From assembly GCA_965262565.1 (NCBI GenBank), contig CBDHFQ010000013.1:477-64476 (forward strand): 64,000 nucleotides of DNA, given 5' to 3'. How positions within the stretch are numbered: the first letter of the stretch is position 1; each line of letters begins with the position of its first letter. A model generated the notes under the pieces. That model saw only the letters and a program-made list of their open reading frames with translations, did no database searches and was not told where the DNA came from. The DNA comes from Bacteroidia bacterium. Its GTDB lineage: Bacteria > Bacteroidota > Bacteroidia > J057. The position numbers were made by a program, and so were the translations under genes. Positions 50,162-60,166 of this stretch are shown here, one piece after another.

Positions 50162-50208
50162 TATTTTTAACTTGATTTTATAAAAATAGTATAGTAAGGC
50201 CTGGCTAA

Positions 50209-52941
50209 TCAGTTAATCAGTACTTTTCTTATTTCAGTGTTATTGGGTTGATTTACAATAATATTATATATGCCTGGTAAAAGTTTGGGAACATTAATTA
50301 GCTCACTTGTCACCACATTAGTATAGACCAATTCGCTCTGTACATTAAATATGTTGATTGTCGCTCCTTGCCAATCCTTTGGTAACTTGACTGAAAAATG
50401 GGAAAAGCTTGAAGGTACAGGATTGGGAAAAACAGTTATTCCGGGCTTCTCAGGAATTAGTTTAGGAGTAAATCCGCATTGGTATAAATCTATGTCGAAG
50501 TTCCATATCCATCCCTCTTCCCTCGCTTGGTATAAAAGACCAGGTTTTCCTGGATTTGTCAAATTCTCATTTGGGCTAGCTAGATAATTATGTCGAAATT
50601 CTCTCCAACTGTCATGTTCCCAGGTCATCCATCCGATATTTAAACGTTCCATACTTTCTTGATTCCATGCTTCTCCTTGGACCAAAGGTTCATTCCGAAC
50701 ATGATCATCTCCATTTTGATCGAGGGTAACATAACCTAATGGGAGATTGATCTCAGTATTAATGGCCGGAAATTCTTTGATTAGATCTTCTACATATTTC
50801 ACCAGATTTTCACCCCAGTATGAATGGAAGGCTATTCCAGCATTTGACCAATCAATATTTCTAAGCGTTGTAGCGGCACTTAACATGGAACGATTAGGAT
50901 TGTATTCCCAATCTGGACCCATATTTGAAAAGCTACAAAGAAGAATGTAGGTTTCTGGAGCTAATTCTCTTACCAGACGGTAAATTTCCTCCACTTTTCT
51001 GGAATCTTCCAATTGCCAGTCTCTGGCACCTTCTGGCTCATTCATGATTTCATAAATCACATGTGTTTCGTCCTTATATCTAGGAGCGACGAGATTCCAG
51101 AATTCTCTGCAAACGTTCATATCTACTCCTCCTACATCATGATAGTTAATGACTATATACATATGATATTTTTTTGCGAGAGCTACTGCACTATCCATTT
51201 TTTTTATAAAAGCTTCTCTATCAGAAGGGATGTTAAAATTATATCCATTTCCTTCTCCATAAGCTCTTCTTCTAAATGGATCATGGCATATAGTACGCGA
51301 CACATTTAGGCCATTTTCCCACATTGCTTTCCACCAACTATCTTGATAATATAAGTCAGGATCTTCATGAACATTTTCATCTTCGAAAACACCCTGCCAC
51401 CATCCCCCTATGCCTCGTAAATTTGTGCCTATATCGGACACAACTCTCCAACTACCATTTTCCTTTATATTTTTAATCCTGCCTCTGGCTTGTTTACAAT
51501 TTGCCTCTAAGTCGCTGTTTTCTACATTTCTATTAATTTCACGATGAATATGTACTCGATTAATTGTGTATTTCGCGGTTTCCGATTGAGATTCTATCGT
51601 AATTATGGCCTTGTTACATGAAATTATTCTTGATTCTGCAAAAGAAGAAGATGGACCAACTTTAAAAGAGGTATCTTTTTTTCCATCTAAATCATAAATG
51701 ATGTAAAGCACATCTTCATTATCAAGGATTTCTTCATAATCCAATTCAATATCTATCTGGGCCTCACCCATAATATTAATAGGAGCCGACTTCCAAACAC
51801 CACGTCCTCGGAATTCAAATCGATTCTGCAAGGTTTGCCCTGTTGAAGTGATCCAAGCCCCTTCATTCAAAGATATGTTTGTCGAGCCTTCATTGAAGGT
51901 TGCCATCCATGGAAGTTGCTGAACAGGGATTTCGTTGAATATAGATTGGTAAAGACTATCATTATCTGGGTTTGGAGCAGGGGCTGGGGAAGTTGGCGTT
52001 GGAAGGTTGTTAGTTGTTTTTATAGAAATAGATGAAATATAGTATTCTGCAGAGGTGTTTCCTTCTATGCGAATCTGAAGCATGTTTCCAATAGCTTTAA
52101 ATTGTTCTAACCCCTCTACTAATACACCCTGTTTTTCGGAAACATGTGTCTTACCATCAACCACATAAGAGATGTGTAAAAAATCATTTTGAGATGGATT
52201 TCCCTTTGAGCCATATACTGTTTCGACAATGAAAGATTTTCCTCTAGTGTCGATGAGTGAAGATTCCCAAGAACCTATTTGCTGATGAATAACAAATTTC
52301 CCCTCTTTAATTGAACCTCCACTACTACTCCATGCTGTTTCGCCTTTATCCTCTGTAGTGGATTCTGGTAGATCAAATGTTTCGTCCCAAGGCAAGGAAT
52401 TCATTACTGGTCCTGGAGGAAGAGTAGTTGGAATAAGTGAGTCATCTTGAGTGTTTACACTCTCTATTCTTATTTCATGTAGGAAATAGGTTCCATGTGT
52501 TTGAGCCTCAATTTGTAATGTTAAATACTGACCTTTAGCAGTAAAGTGCATCTGACCATCGGGGAAGGCACCACAAACTTTACCTTTATGTTCTCTTCCA
52601 TCAATTTCATATGAGAATTTAAGCAGATCTTCTGCCAGGGGCTTACCTGCCGATCCAAAAAATATGTCAATAGTAACTTCCTCACCGTAAAGAAGTATAG
52701 GTTCAGAAATCCAAAATCCACTTGTGTTATTAAACATAAGTTTGTTATCAGATATCTCACCTTCTATTGCGATCCAAGATGTTGAGTCTGAGTCAAACAT
52801 GGTTCCATTAGGTAAATCAAAGGATTCAATCCATGATACGTAGTTTTTTTGCGTAAAAGCATTATTACAGTAAATCAAAAATAAGAGCAAAAGTAAGGGT
52901 ATAGGCCACCTGTGATGGCTCAAGGTCCATTTGTTGTACAT
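50209..52941 (-). CDS. Glycoside hydrolase family 5-like enzyme with three N-terminal repeat modules and a T9SS C-terminal sorting domain
   Basis: 910 aa with a signal peptide. The GH5 acid/base motif YEIMNEPEG is present. The C-terminus ITVFPNPVPSS...INIFNVQSELV...PGIYNIIV is a Por_Secre_tail pattern. Confidence 0.8.
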   Translation of the reverse strand: MYNKWTLSHHRWPIPLLLLLFLIYCNNAFTQKNYVSWIESFDLPNGTMFDSDSTSWIAIEGEISDNKLMFNNTSGFWISEPILLYGEEVTIDIFFGSAGKPLAEDLLKFSYEIDGREHKGKVCGAFPDGQMHFTAKGQYLTLQIEAQTHGTYFLHEIRIESVNTQDDSLIPTTLPPGPVMNSLPWDETFDLPESTTEDKGETAWSSSGGSIKEGKFVIHQQIGSWESSLIDTRGKSFIVETVYGSKGNPSQNDFLHISYVVDGKTHVSEKQGVLVEGLEQFKAIGNMLQIRIEGNTSAEYYISSISIKTTNNLPTPTSPAPAPNPDNDSLYQSIFNEIPVQQLPWMATFNEGSTNISLNEGAWITSTGQTLQNRFEFRGRGVWKSAPINIMGEAQIDIELDYEEILDNEDVLYIIYDLDGKKDTSFKVGPSSSFAESRIISCNKAIITIESQSETAKYTINRVHIHREINRNVENSDLEANCKQARGRIKNIKENGSWRVVSDIGTNLRGIGGWWQGVFEDENVHEDPDLYYQDSWWKAMWENGLNVSRTICHDPFRRRAYGEGNGYNFNIPSDREAFIKKMDSAVALAKKYHMYIVINYHDVGGVDMNVCREFWNLVAPRYKDETHVIYEIMNEPEGARDWQLEDSRKVEEIYRLVRELAPETYILLCSFSNMGPDWEYNPNRSMLSAATTLRNIDWSNAGIAFHSYWGENLVKYVEDLIKEFPAINTEINLPLGYVTLDQNGDDHVRNEPLVQGEAWNQESMERLNIGWMTWEHDSWREFRHNYLASPNENLTNPGKPGLLYQAREEGWIWNFDIDLYQCGFTPKLIPEKPGITVFPNPVPSSFSHFSVKLPKDWQGATINIFNVQSELVYTNVVTSELINVPKLLPGIYNIIVNQPNNTEIRKVLIN

Positions 52942-53014
52942 ATCTAAAAAGGTTAAAATTGAATAATTATAAGTGGTATGTTATGGGTCTCATCTATAAT
53001 GACGACATAATGAC

Positions 53015-53875
53015 TTAGTGCAATATTTCTGCAAAATTTTGAAAAATATCTTCTCTGAAAAATCTTTGAGTACGAATTTGTTGATGAATAGTGGGTTCCA
53101 TGTGTTTTGCTTGCTCAAGATTCAATATACTTTTCTCTCGTAGCTCTATGCTCCTCAATAGCATTTTTTGCACTTCTGATTGCGAAGATATTCGTTCTCC
53201 TTCTGTCAAAGAAAGGGCCTTAGTATCTTCTCGCAGTAATTGTATATTCATCTCAGTAGCTTTGTCTACGAGACTATCGGCTAAATTCTTATAAATGATA
53301 GCTAAGTGTAATTTCTGCGATTTAATTATATTATCTAGTTGAGATAGTTTGATTGATGCCTGGATTTGTTCTGAGCGATATTCTTCCAGCTTAGAGGCTT
53401 CATCGGGAAAAAGGTGCTCTTTTAACTTATTAGCATTACCTGCTGCAACTCCTTGTTCAAATAATGTGATAATACTTTGAGTGTTATATAGTGGAATTTG
53501 GTGTTTTTGCAAATCCTTGGTATGAGAAGAAGATGACAGAACATATTCCCCCCAATCCTTCAAATGGTGATTATATGAAAAGATGGCACTAATGTTGTTC
53601 CATTTAAGCCCTTTGAGTCCTTTGAGTTTTTTTAATTCATTCCTTATTCGTTGTTCTAGTTTTAATAAATGATTAACCGACTCCTGAGTACGTTTAGCCC
53701 TCTCATAAATTTTTACAGCATTTGTGTATGTTTTAGTTTGGACAATCAATTGTTTTTTTTGAATAATGGAGTTCTTGATTGATTGGAAAAATTCTTTGGG
53801 ACTAAAGGTAACTAGTTGAGCATGGGTTAATTGGATTTGAAATAGGATGGCTAGTAAAATGGTAAATTTTTTCAT
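53015..53875 (-). CDS. Secreted coiled-coil protein in the tra operon; possibly VirB5/TrbJ-like (DUF4141/TraI-like)
   Basis: 286 aa with a signal peptide ending HAQ, followed by LVTFSPKEFFQSIKNSIIQKKQL and a long helical body, a layout reminiscent of TrbJ/VirB5. It starts 4 nt after the TraM-like stop. Confidence 0.35.
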   Translation of the reverse strand: MKKFTILLAILFQIQLTHAQLVTFSPKEFFQSIKNSIIQKKQLIVQTKTYTNAVKIYERAKRTQESVNHLLKLEQRIRNELKKLKGLKGLKWNNISAIFSYNHHLKDWGEYVLSSSSHTKDLQKHQIPLYNTQSIITLFEQGVAAGNANKLKEHLFPDEASKLEEYRSEQIQASIKLSQLDNIIKSQKLHLAIIYKNLADSLVDKATEMNIQLLREDTKALSLTEGERISSQSEVQKMLLRSIELREKSILNLEQAKHMEPTIHQQIRTQRFFREDIFQNFAEILH

Positions 53876-53879
53876 GTCT

Positions 53880-54920
53880 TTAAGGGATTTGGATGTATAG
53901 TGATTGAGGGGTTGGTACGTAAAATTGAATATCTTCAGAACCTGCTTTTAGCTTTCTTTTAATGATGTTCTCGATGATGGACTTTCCAGTTTCAAGTATT
54001 CCGGTCGCTGGTAACCTGTTAGTCAATTCATCATAGGCTTGGTCAGCAATATCTTTCTTAATATTAAATTCATCGTTTTGATAGGAGCTAATCTCATTGG
54101 ACTGGTCTTCCAATGAAATCTCCCTTGTACCATTGTTGGAATAGCACGGAAATGATACTTGAATGAGTTTACCCTTGAAACGAATTTGTCTGACTTCCAA
54201 TACTGCATATTCATCATATATTTTACCTTTGGCCAGGATAATCTCCCCTTTTTTTAGTTCATATTTGGGTACATTTTCCTCAAGTCTAAGTTCAACCGTA
54301 TTAAAAGACTCAATGGTCTGGGGAATAAGTGTCACAAGAACTTTATTCACTTCTTTTAAGGTGGATGGTGAAGATAGAATTTCTTTTTGGTCAGTAGGTT
54401 GGTGAATTGGATCAATAAGACTATTCGAAGGATGCGATTCAACTGAATAAAATCCTGTGTTAAATCCAACTGCTTTTTCATCTTCCTTGATTATAGGTTG
54501 ATTTTGAAGGTATTCTTTTTGCGATATAGGTTGATGTTGGGTACTTTTCTTTTTGGTGTTATATTGAGTTAGTGATGATATATGTCCTGATTGCTTTTCT
54601 GACAATGGGCTCGTCGTTGAATCTTTATGGGGTAACAATTTGTGTAGGTGATTTTTGGCTTGAAGCGATTTTTGTTGGGCTTCAACCTGGATTAAACTAT
54701 CTGTTTGTTGTTGCTCGATCATTTTAGAATACTTTTCAATTAAATTTGTATCGGATACTTCATTTACCTTTTCCGGTAATTCTATGCTTAGGATATTCTC
54801 AGAATTCCTTTGTGTTTCTTTTTTAGCGATAGCTATGATTCTAACCACTAGAGCAAGGAGAATAATGGTAGCTGATATTCCACCAATTCTAATCCAATGT
54901 TTGAGGTTGGTTTTCAACAT
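53880..54920 (-). CDS. traM: Conjugative transposon TraM-like protein (VirB10 analogue)
   Basis: 346 aa with an N-terminal TM, a Q/S/T-rich linker and a C-terminal block VLVTLIPQTIESFNTVELRLEENV...KGEIILAKGKIYDEYAVLEVRQIRFKGKLIQVSFPCYSNNGTREI. That block follows the TraM C-terminal domain pattern as I recall it. Confidence 0.6.
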   Translation of the reverse strand: MLKTNLKHWIRIGGISATIILLALVVRIIAIAKKETQRNSENILSIELPEKVNEVSDTNLIEKYSKMIEQQQTDSLIQVEAQQKSLQAKNHLHKLLPHKDSTTSPLSEKQSGHISSLTQYNTKKKSTQHQPISQKEYLQNQPIIKEDEKAVGFNTGFYSVESHPSNSLIDPIHQPTDQKEILSSPSTLKEVNKVLVTLIPQTIESFNTVELRLEENVPKYELKKGEIILAKGKIYDEYAVLEVRQIRFKGKLIQVSFPCYSNNGTREISLEDQSNEISSYQNDEFNIKKDIADQAYDELTNRLPATGILETGKSIIENIIKRKLKAGSEDIQFYVPTPQSLYIQIP

Positions 54921-55494
54921 ATGTAGGTATGATTTGCCAGTCAGTAACGATGAGTCCGAAGGGATTCATCCTAGACCTGCTTCTTACTTCTAATTGAAAT
55001 TCAGCTGCGTAATGGGAATAGTCCTTTTTCCCTTCTACTTCAACAAATAGTTTTCCATGAATTTGTCCTTTTTTTGAAACCTCATCAATCAAAATTGAAT
55101 CGCTCATAAATTCGGTTCTTGCTCCTAAATCCTCATACAGTGGCAGCACCTGATCATTTAACCATTTGAGCAAAATAGGTCCTTGAACAGTGGAGACTTG
55201 ATTTAGAGCAGTATTAATCCGATTCGTATAGCTGTTAATATCATTTGATAGAATAAGATCTGAGAATGAATGAATAAAACTACTAAGCTCTACTTTTTCT
55301 CTTTTTATTTTTGAAGCTAAAGTAGCATGATAGGTTCCGATATTTGATACAACATAAATTTCGTCTGAATGCTTTTGCTTTAATTGAACATAGGAATAGG
55401 CCCATATTACATTAGTTCCGATACTGAGTAAGACAGAGAAGATGGTAATGCTCCGCATACTATTAAATGATTGAGAGAAATCTTTAATATTCAT
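54889..55494 (-). CDS. traK: Conjugative transposon TraK-like protein
   Basis: 201 aa. The N-terminus SFNSMRSITIFSVLLSIGTNVIWAYSYVQLKQKHSDEIYVVSNIG parallels CTnDOT TraK (SF..R.....TM...REKIYVLDNG), and size and position fit. Confidence 0.65.
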   Translation of the reverse strand: MNIKDFSQSFNSMRSITIFSVLLSIGTNVIWAYSYVQLKQKHSDEIYVVSNIGTYHATLASKIKREKVELSSFIHSFSDLILSNDINSYTNRINTALNQVSTVQGPILLKWLNDQVLPLYEDLGARTEFMSDSILIDEVSKKGQIHGKLFVEVEGKKDYSHYAAEFQLEVRSRSRMNPFGLIVTDWQIIPTYVENQPQTLD

Positions 55495-55560
55495 AACGAT
55501 GTATTTTTTTGCATCTGATATTGGAAAAACTGAATAATATCTTTTAGTGGTTAATTTCTT

Positions 55561-56388
55561 CTAAATTTTTTTGGTGACAATATTTTTAGAAGTCAATACA
55601 GTTGAAACCGTATGTGCTCCAGTTGTAAAGAGCGTATCAAGGTATTCATTAGCGAAGGAGACATGTACAAAATAGCGTGTGAGTGCGGGAACCATTAGGT
55701 ACATCAAGGAAACTATGACGAGGAAAATTGACATTCTAAAGCCGACAAAGAGTATATGCTCCATATCTCCAAGTATGGTTGTGTAAAACACGGATACTAT
55801 TTGGTCAATAATTCTAATGGTAAATATCCATAATTGAGTACCAATAAATCCCCTTATCCATATTTCTGTACTCTTCTTTAAGACTGGGATTAATCCTAGT
55901 AATAGTGCTATAGGTCCGGTGATGTATAGAAAGACCAGAAGAATATCCCTCAAAAATTCAATAGCTGTTCTTATACCAATAGAGAAAAGCTCTAGTAAGC
56001 TTCTGTAAACTGAAGCTCGAATGGTTTCCATAATCGCCCAAGGCCATTCAAACCCACTAAATTGAGAAGTACTGGAAAACATCTCTTTCCATTCCTCACT
56101 TAAAGCAGGTGTTTTGGGAACAGTCATACAAATTCCTGAAATAGCTAGTGAAAGGAAGGCAATAATCTCCTGATAACTGAATAGAATAATTAGAATAATC
56201 AAGGCTCGAATGACTGGAGAGTAATTAGGTTTATACACATTGGATGAAAATGCGGCCTGAATATAACTCACTCCAAATAATCCAAAAATAATAATGGGAA
56301 TAGCAGTAATCGCTCCTTTTTGTACAGGAATAACCAATTGCTCAGCTATACGGACGAAATTTGGATGTATATCTATAATATTTTCCAT
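55561..56388 (-). CDS. traJ: Polytopic membrane protein in the TraJ (VirB6-like) position
   Basis: 275 aa with ~6 TM helices, 3 nt downstream of the TraG-like ATPase. Assignment rests mainly on position and topology. Confidence 0.5.
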   Translation of the reverse strand: MENIIDIHPNFVRIAEQLVIPVQKGAITAIPIIIFGLFGVSYIQAAFSSNVYKPNYSPVIRALIILIILFSYQEIIAFLSLAISGICMTVPKTPALSEEWKEMFSSTSQFSGFEWPWAIMETIRASVYRSLLELFSIGIRTAIEFLRDILLVFLYITGPIALLLGLIPVLKKSTEIWIRGFIGTQLWIFTIRIIDQIVSVFYTTILGDMEHILFVGFRMSIFLVIVSLMYLMVPALTRYFVHVSFANEYLDTLFTTGAHTVSTVLTSKNIVTKKI

Positions 56389-56391
56389 GAG

Positions 56392-58776
56392 TTATTGATT
56401 TACTGTTTGTAAAAATTCGTCTAGTGCAAGTCTGATATTTCCTCTTTTAGCAATTTTTATTTTTTTGAGCTTATCTCTTTCCTCAGGTGTGGAGCTTAAT
56501 AAAATGCTGATTTCTCTACTGACCTCCAGAAAATATACTTTACCATAGTTCCCAGTTTTTATGAAAACTTCTCTTCGGTTTTTTTCTTTTTTCATGGATT
56601 GAATTTTGGATAATTCATGGGCGGTCAATCCTAATACAGAACCAATTTTACCAAGTTGAGTATGGTCAGAATGGTTTAAGACAATTTTGATGTCCGCATT
56701 AGCGAGGATTGGCGCACCAACACTCGACTGAAGGATTTCTGAGATACCTTGGGTTATAATGTAAATTCCTCCTTTATTTTTTCTAATGGTCCTATACATT
56801 CTTTCTACAAATCCTCCCATAGTATCAGAGAGCATGCTCCATGCTTCATCCATATATAAGTACTTCCTTTGCTCAGGAAATTTTCTTATGGTATCTAAAG
56901 CTAATTCAGTAATAAGAAGTGATATAATAGGATAAAGTACTGGGTTGTCTTTAATACCAGCTATATCAAAGGCAATAATTTTGTGTGAAGAGATATCTAT
57001 ATTATCTTCTGAATTAAGTAGGGATGAATATTGGCCGAAGGCGAATGGTTCAAGCACCAAAAGTAGGCTTTCCATATCAAAATGGGAAGTATTACGAGTT
57101 ATGCCATCTCCGATTTTAATATGGTTTTGGTTTTTTGTCAACCACGTGTAAAAAGTAGTTAAATTCGGTTTGTCCTCAAGGTCAAGTTGCAGATAATAAT
57201 TTGAAAGAAGCTTGGATAAAATAGCCTGTTCCTCTTTAGTAAGGCTTGAATCTTTTTTCCATATCGAAGCCAGTACTGCAGTAATAAATATAACTTTATC
57301 TTCAGACAGGTAATGTTTGTTGTCAAGGATAGGAACTTGAAAAGGATTAAAGGAAAACGGATGCTCAACATCATACTTCATATATTTTCCTCCTAAAGCA
57401 GACATGACATTTTCATATGATCCTCCAAGATCTATGATAATTTGTTTGGCTCCCTGTTCGTAGCGTTGTAGAATAATAGATCCAATAGTGAAGCTTTTGC
57501 CAGAACCAGATGGACCTATAACAATTCCATTTTTATTACTCAATTGATCATGAAATAGATCTAACCTAATTCTGTTACCTAGGCGATCGCATAGGGAAAT
57601 TCCTTGTTGGTCGCTCTTGTAAAGTGTAGTATGGTGTTGATAAATGCAAGCATTTTCTCCAGTCATTTTTATCCACCTAAATTGTTGTGCGCCATTTCCC
57701 GGAATCATGGAGAAAAATAAATTAGTGGTATCTTGAGATTCTACAAAAGGTCTTGATCCTCCCATTTCCTGAAATGCATTTATAGCCTTTTGAATTGCTT
57801 GTTGTTTTTCTTTTTCTCCATATGTCCATAAAATGATGGAGACATTAGTACTTACTATTTTTTGAGAATTTCTCCTGATATCATCAGTGAATTCTCCAAG
57901 TTCTTCTCCCTTTATTATCCCAGATTGTCCAATAAGACCAAGAAGGGATTGTATTATTTTTCCCTCAGTATCCAATTTCTTTAATTCTCTCTCAGTATCT
58001 TCAATTTTAATCATGGTGGAGAGAATATGTGGTATCTTTAAGTAATGGGTTAAAGGAGCAATGAATGGATTTTCTACCTCTTGATATCGGGAGAAATGCT
58101 TTACACTATTTCCCTGATCTATCATATCCACTATGTTGACCCATTTCTCTCCTAATACCATCCCATTTTTCTGAGGACAGATTTGTCGGTGTAGGTTTTT
58201 GGGCTCTTTAGAAAATTCCAAGTTCAAGTACTGGAGGACAATATTTTTCAAATCTCCGTTTTTGAGTAGTTTGGTTTTCATTCCTACTCCTTGAGTAAAT
58301 CCCTCTCCATATTTTTCTACCTGAGATATACGGCCTTCAATATCCTGGAATTGATTTGGAAATGCCGCTTTCCCCAAAGAATAGATGGTATTAATAGGGT
58401 TAGAGTCTGGTTGTTTTTGATGTCCCAAGCTAAAAAAAAGATAAGCCAGATGTTTTAGTTGCGGTCTTTCAAAAAAATGATTGTCATTTGAGTGTGAAAA
58501 GTAATGATGAATATTAGGAGATAGTTTATACGACTCATTGAAGTAAACATCGATTCTATGAATGACCATCCCTTTCGGAAGTTCTCTTAAAGCTTGCTTA
58601 AAACGCCTGATATAATCCTTGAAGGCTGGGCCATCCCATTTTTCAGTTTCTTCCAGTGATAATGAATATCCGACGACTGCCCTCCCATCCTTCATGATCA
58701 TAATATGTCTATCGAATGAATAAATGGGATTTATTTGCTTAAATGTCTTTGTGAAAAATTTCTTCAATATCTGCAT
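56392..58776 (-). CDS. traG: TraG-family conjugative transposon ATPase (VirB4 homologue)
   Basis: 794 aa with Walker A GPSGSGKSF and Walker B YLYMDEAW. Size and context are typical of the Bacteroidetes VirB4-like TraG. Confidence 0.88.
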   Translation of the reverse strand: MQILKKFFTKTFKQINPIYSFDRHIMIMKDGRAVVGYSLSLEETEKWDGPAFKDYIRRFKQALRELPKGMVIHRIDVYFNESYKLSPNIHHYFSHSNDNHFFERPQLKHLAYLFFSLGHQKQPDSNPINTIYSLGKAAFPNQFQDIEGRISQVEKYGEGFTQGVGMKTKLLKNGDLKNIVLQYLNLEFSKEPKNLHRQICPQKNGMVLGEKWVNIVDMIDQGNSVKHFSRYQEVENPFIAPLTHYLKIPHILSTMIKIEDTERELKKLDTEGKIIQSLLGLIGQSGIIKGEELGEFTDDIRRNSQKIVSTNVSIILWTYGEKEKQQAIQKAINAFQEMGGSRPFVESQDTTNLFFSMIPGNGAQQFRWIKMTGENACIYQHHTTLYKSDQQGISLCDRLGNRIRLDLFHDQLSNKNGIVIGPSGSGKSFTIGSIILQRYEQGAKQIIIDLGGSYENVMSALGGKYMKYDVEHPFSFNPFQVPILDNKHYLSEDKVIFITAVLASIWKKDSSLTKEEQAILSKLLSNYYLQLDLEDKPNLTTFYTWLTKNQNHIKIGDGITRNTSHFDMESLLLVLEPFAFGQYSSLLNSEDNIDISSHKIIAFDIAGIKDNPVLYPIISLLITELALDTIRKFPEQRKYLYMDEAWSMLSDTMGGFVERMYRTIRKNKGGIYIITQGISEILQSSVGAPILANADIKIVLNHSDHTQLGKIGSVLGLTAHELSKIQSMKKEKNRREVFIKTGNYGKVYFLEVSREISILLSSTPEERDKLKKIKIAKRGNIRLALDEFLQTVNQ

Positions 58777-59053
58777 AGGTCATATCAATTTCTAGCGGTT
58801 GAAACCAAGTGCTTATTGTGCTAAATAAAAATGATGGGTGATCTTTAGAATTTCCAATTAATATTGTTATATAACATATAATTGTTATAATTGAGACAAA
58901 AAGGTAGTATAGCCCACTGATATAAATGAATGATTTAGCTATAGCTCCACCTATCAAAAATCCTATCGAAACAATGAGAAGCAAACTAAATTCTTGTAGT
59001 CTTATTCCCCATATTTCAGGAGGAGACGATAATGAATGGTACACTTTGATCAT
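58739..59053 (-). CDS. traF: Small membrane protein in the TraF (DUF4133, VirB3-like) position
   Basis: 104 aa. VYHSLSSPPEIWGIRLQEF is followed by two TM helices, and the gene overlaps the traG start. Confidence 0.5.
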   Translation of the reverse strand: MIKVYHSLSSPPEIWGIRLQEFSLLLIVSIGFLIGGAIAKSFIYISGLYYLFVSIITIICYITILIGNSKDHPSFLFSTISTWFQPLEIDMTYADIEEIFHKDI

Positions 59054-59418
59054 TTCAGTTTAATTGTCTTTGCCCCTCCCCAGGAAGTGAATTCTGATAT
59101 AATGAATGGTAATGCAGCATATATAGCAGCAGCTATAATGGTATGAATGATGTAATTGGTAGATTTACTATCTCCTTTGAGCAAAGCAAAAACACTTCTA
59201 GCGCCACTGATGAAAATGGCCAGGATAATGCCTGCTTTTACAATAGGGACCACCCAATTCATCACTTTTTGAAGTACCGCGACCGTATTCCCTTGTCCAA
59301 ACATTAGCGCAGGACTTATAAATAATATTGCTAGGATAATAGCATCTTTCTGTCTTTCAGAGTATGCAATAAAATTCCTGCCAGCTGCCAGAGCTGTTCT
59401 AAAACTTAGCATTTTCAT
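59050..59418 (-). CDS. traE: Small membrane protein in the TraE (DUF4134, pilin/VirB2-like) position
   Basis: 122 aa with a signal-like N-terminus and two hydrophobic helices, plus ISGARSVFALLKGDSKS between them. An ATGA overlap links it to the next gene. Confidence 0.5.
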   Translation of the reverse strand: MKMLSFRTALAAGRNFIAYSERQKDAIILAILFISPALMFGQGNTVAVLQKVMNWVVPIVKAGIILAIFISGARSVFALLKGDSKSTNYIIHTIIAAAIYAALPFIISEFTSWGGAKTIKLK

Positions 59419-59434
59419 TTAATATTAAATTATG

Positions 59435-59824
59435 TTAGTCAAATAATGAGTTAAGCCGATCCTGGATTTGCTGAGTTTTGTTTTCTTCGTTTAAACTGTT
59501 TTCTATCTTAGATTCGTTTGTAGTTACTATTTGATTTTCAGTGCTCTTTACTTCGTGCGATGTATTTCTACTAATTATAGATAATGAATCTGAATGAGTA
59601 GGTGATTTGTTAGTAAAGAATAATTTTCTTGTCAAGAAGTAACTGATTGATGTAAGTCCGATGACCCATATTATTATGTGAATCAACATAAAGACATCAA
59701 ATGAATCTCCATTTAGAAAATTAGCTATTTCTTGAAAAATGGCCGAGGGTGGTTTCTTGTAAAGAATCATAAATACAACACCTTCTATGACCAAGAGCAA
59801 GGTAAATAATAATTTTCTGTTCAT
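59435..59824 (-). CDS. Hypothetical membrane protein, first gene of the minus-strand tra block
   Basis: 129 aa with two TM helices and an N/S/T-rich tail. Confidence 0.4.
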   Translation of the reverse strand: MNRKLLFTLLLVIEGVVFMILYKKPPSAIFQEIANFLNGDSFDVFMLIHIIIWVIGLTSISYFLTRKLFFTNKSPTHSDSLSIISRNTSHEVKSTENQIVTTNESKIENSLNEENKTQQIQDRLNSLFD

Positions 59825-60166
59825 AATCTTACATCACAAATATGTTAGGTATTGCGAAATGAAACTAATAAAATTTGGGTTATCTGTGACAAGATTCATT
59901 CTGGAACTAAAAGACATTTCTATGTTATAAATCGTTATTTTGGAATTGGTGAGATGTACAATCGCGACGTAATTTTCTGTAACAAAGCTTATAAAGGGAG
60001 ATGTAATATGTTACATGGATATTACTTTAAAGATCAACTTTTGCTTGATATGTGCACTAATTTGTATTTTTAGCGGTTATTCTAAGTATAATGTAAGTTA
60101 TAAAATTACACTATTAGATTTATTCTGCTGATTATTAGATATTAATGTTGTTACTGACTTCCAAAA

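Noticed and set aside
46454-52941. Polysaccharide utilisation locus (PUL)
   Set aside because: No SusC/SusD-like pair or hybrid two-component or ECF regulator is adjacent to the two hydrolase genes, so they do not form a canonical PUL in this window.
59852-60073. 73-aa ORF in the divergent tra spacer
   Set aside because: It is AT-rich with no ribosome-binding context or motif, and is probably a chance ORF in a promoter or oriT-type region.
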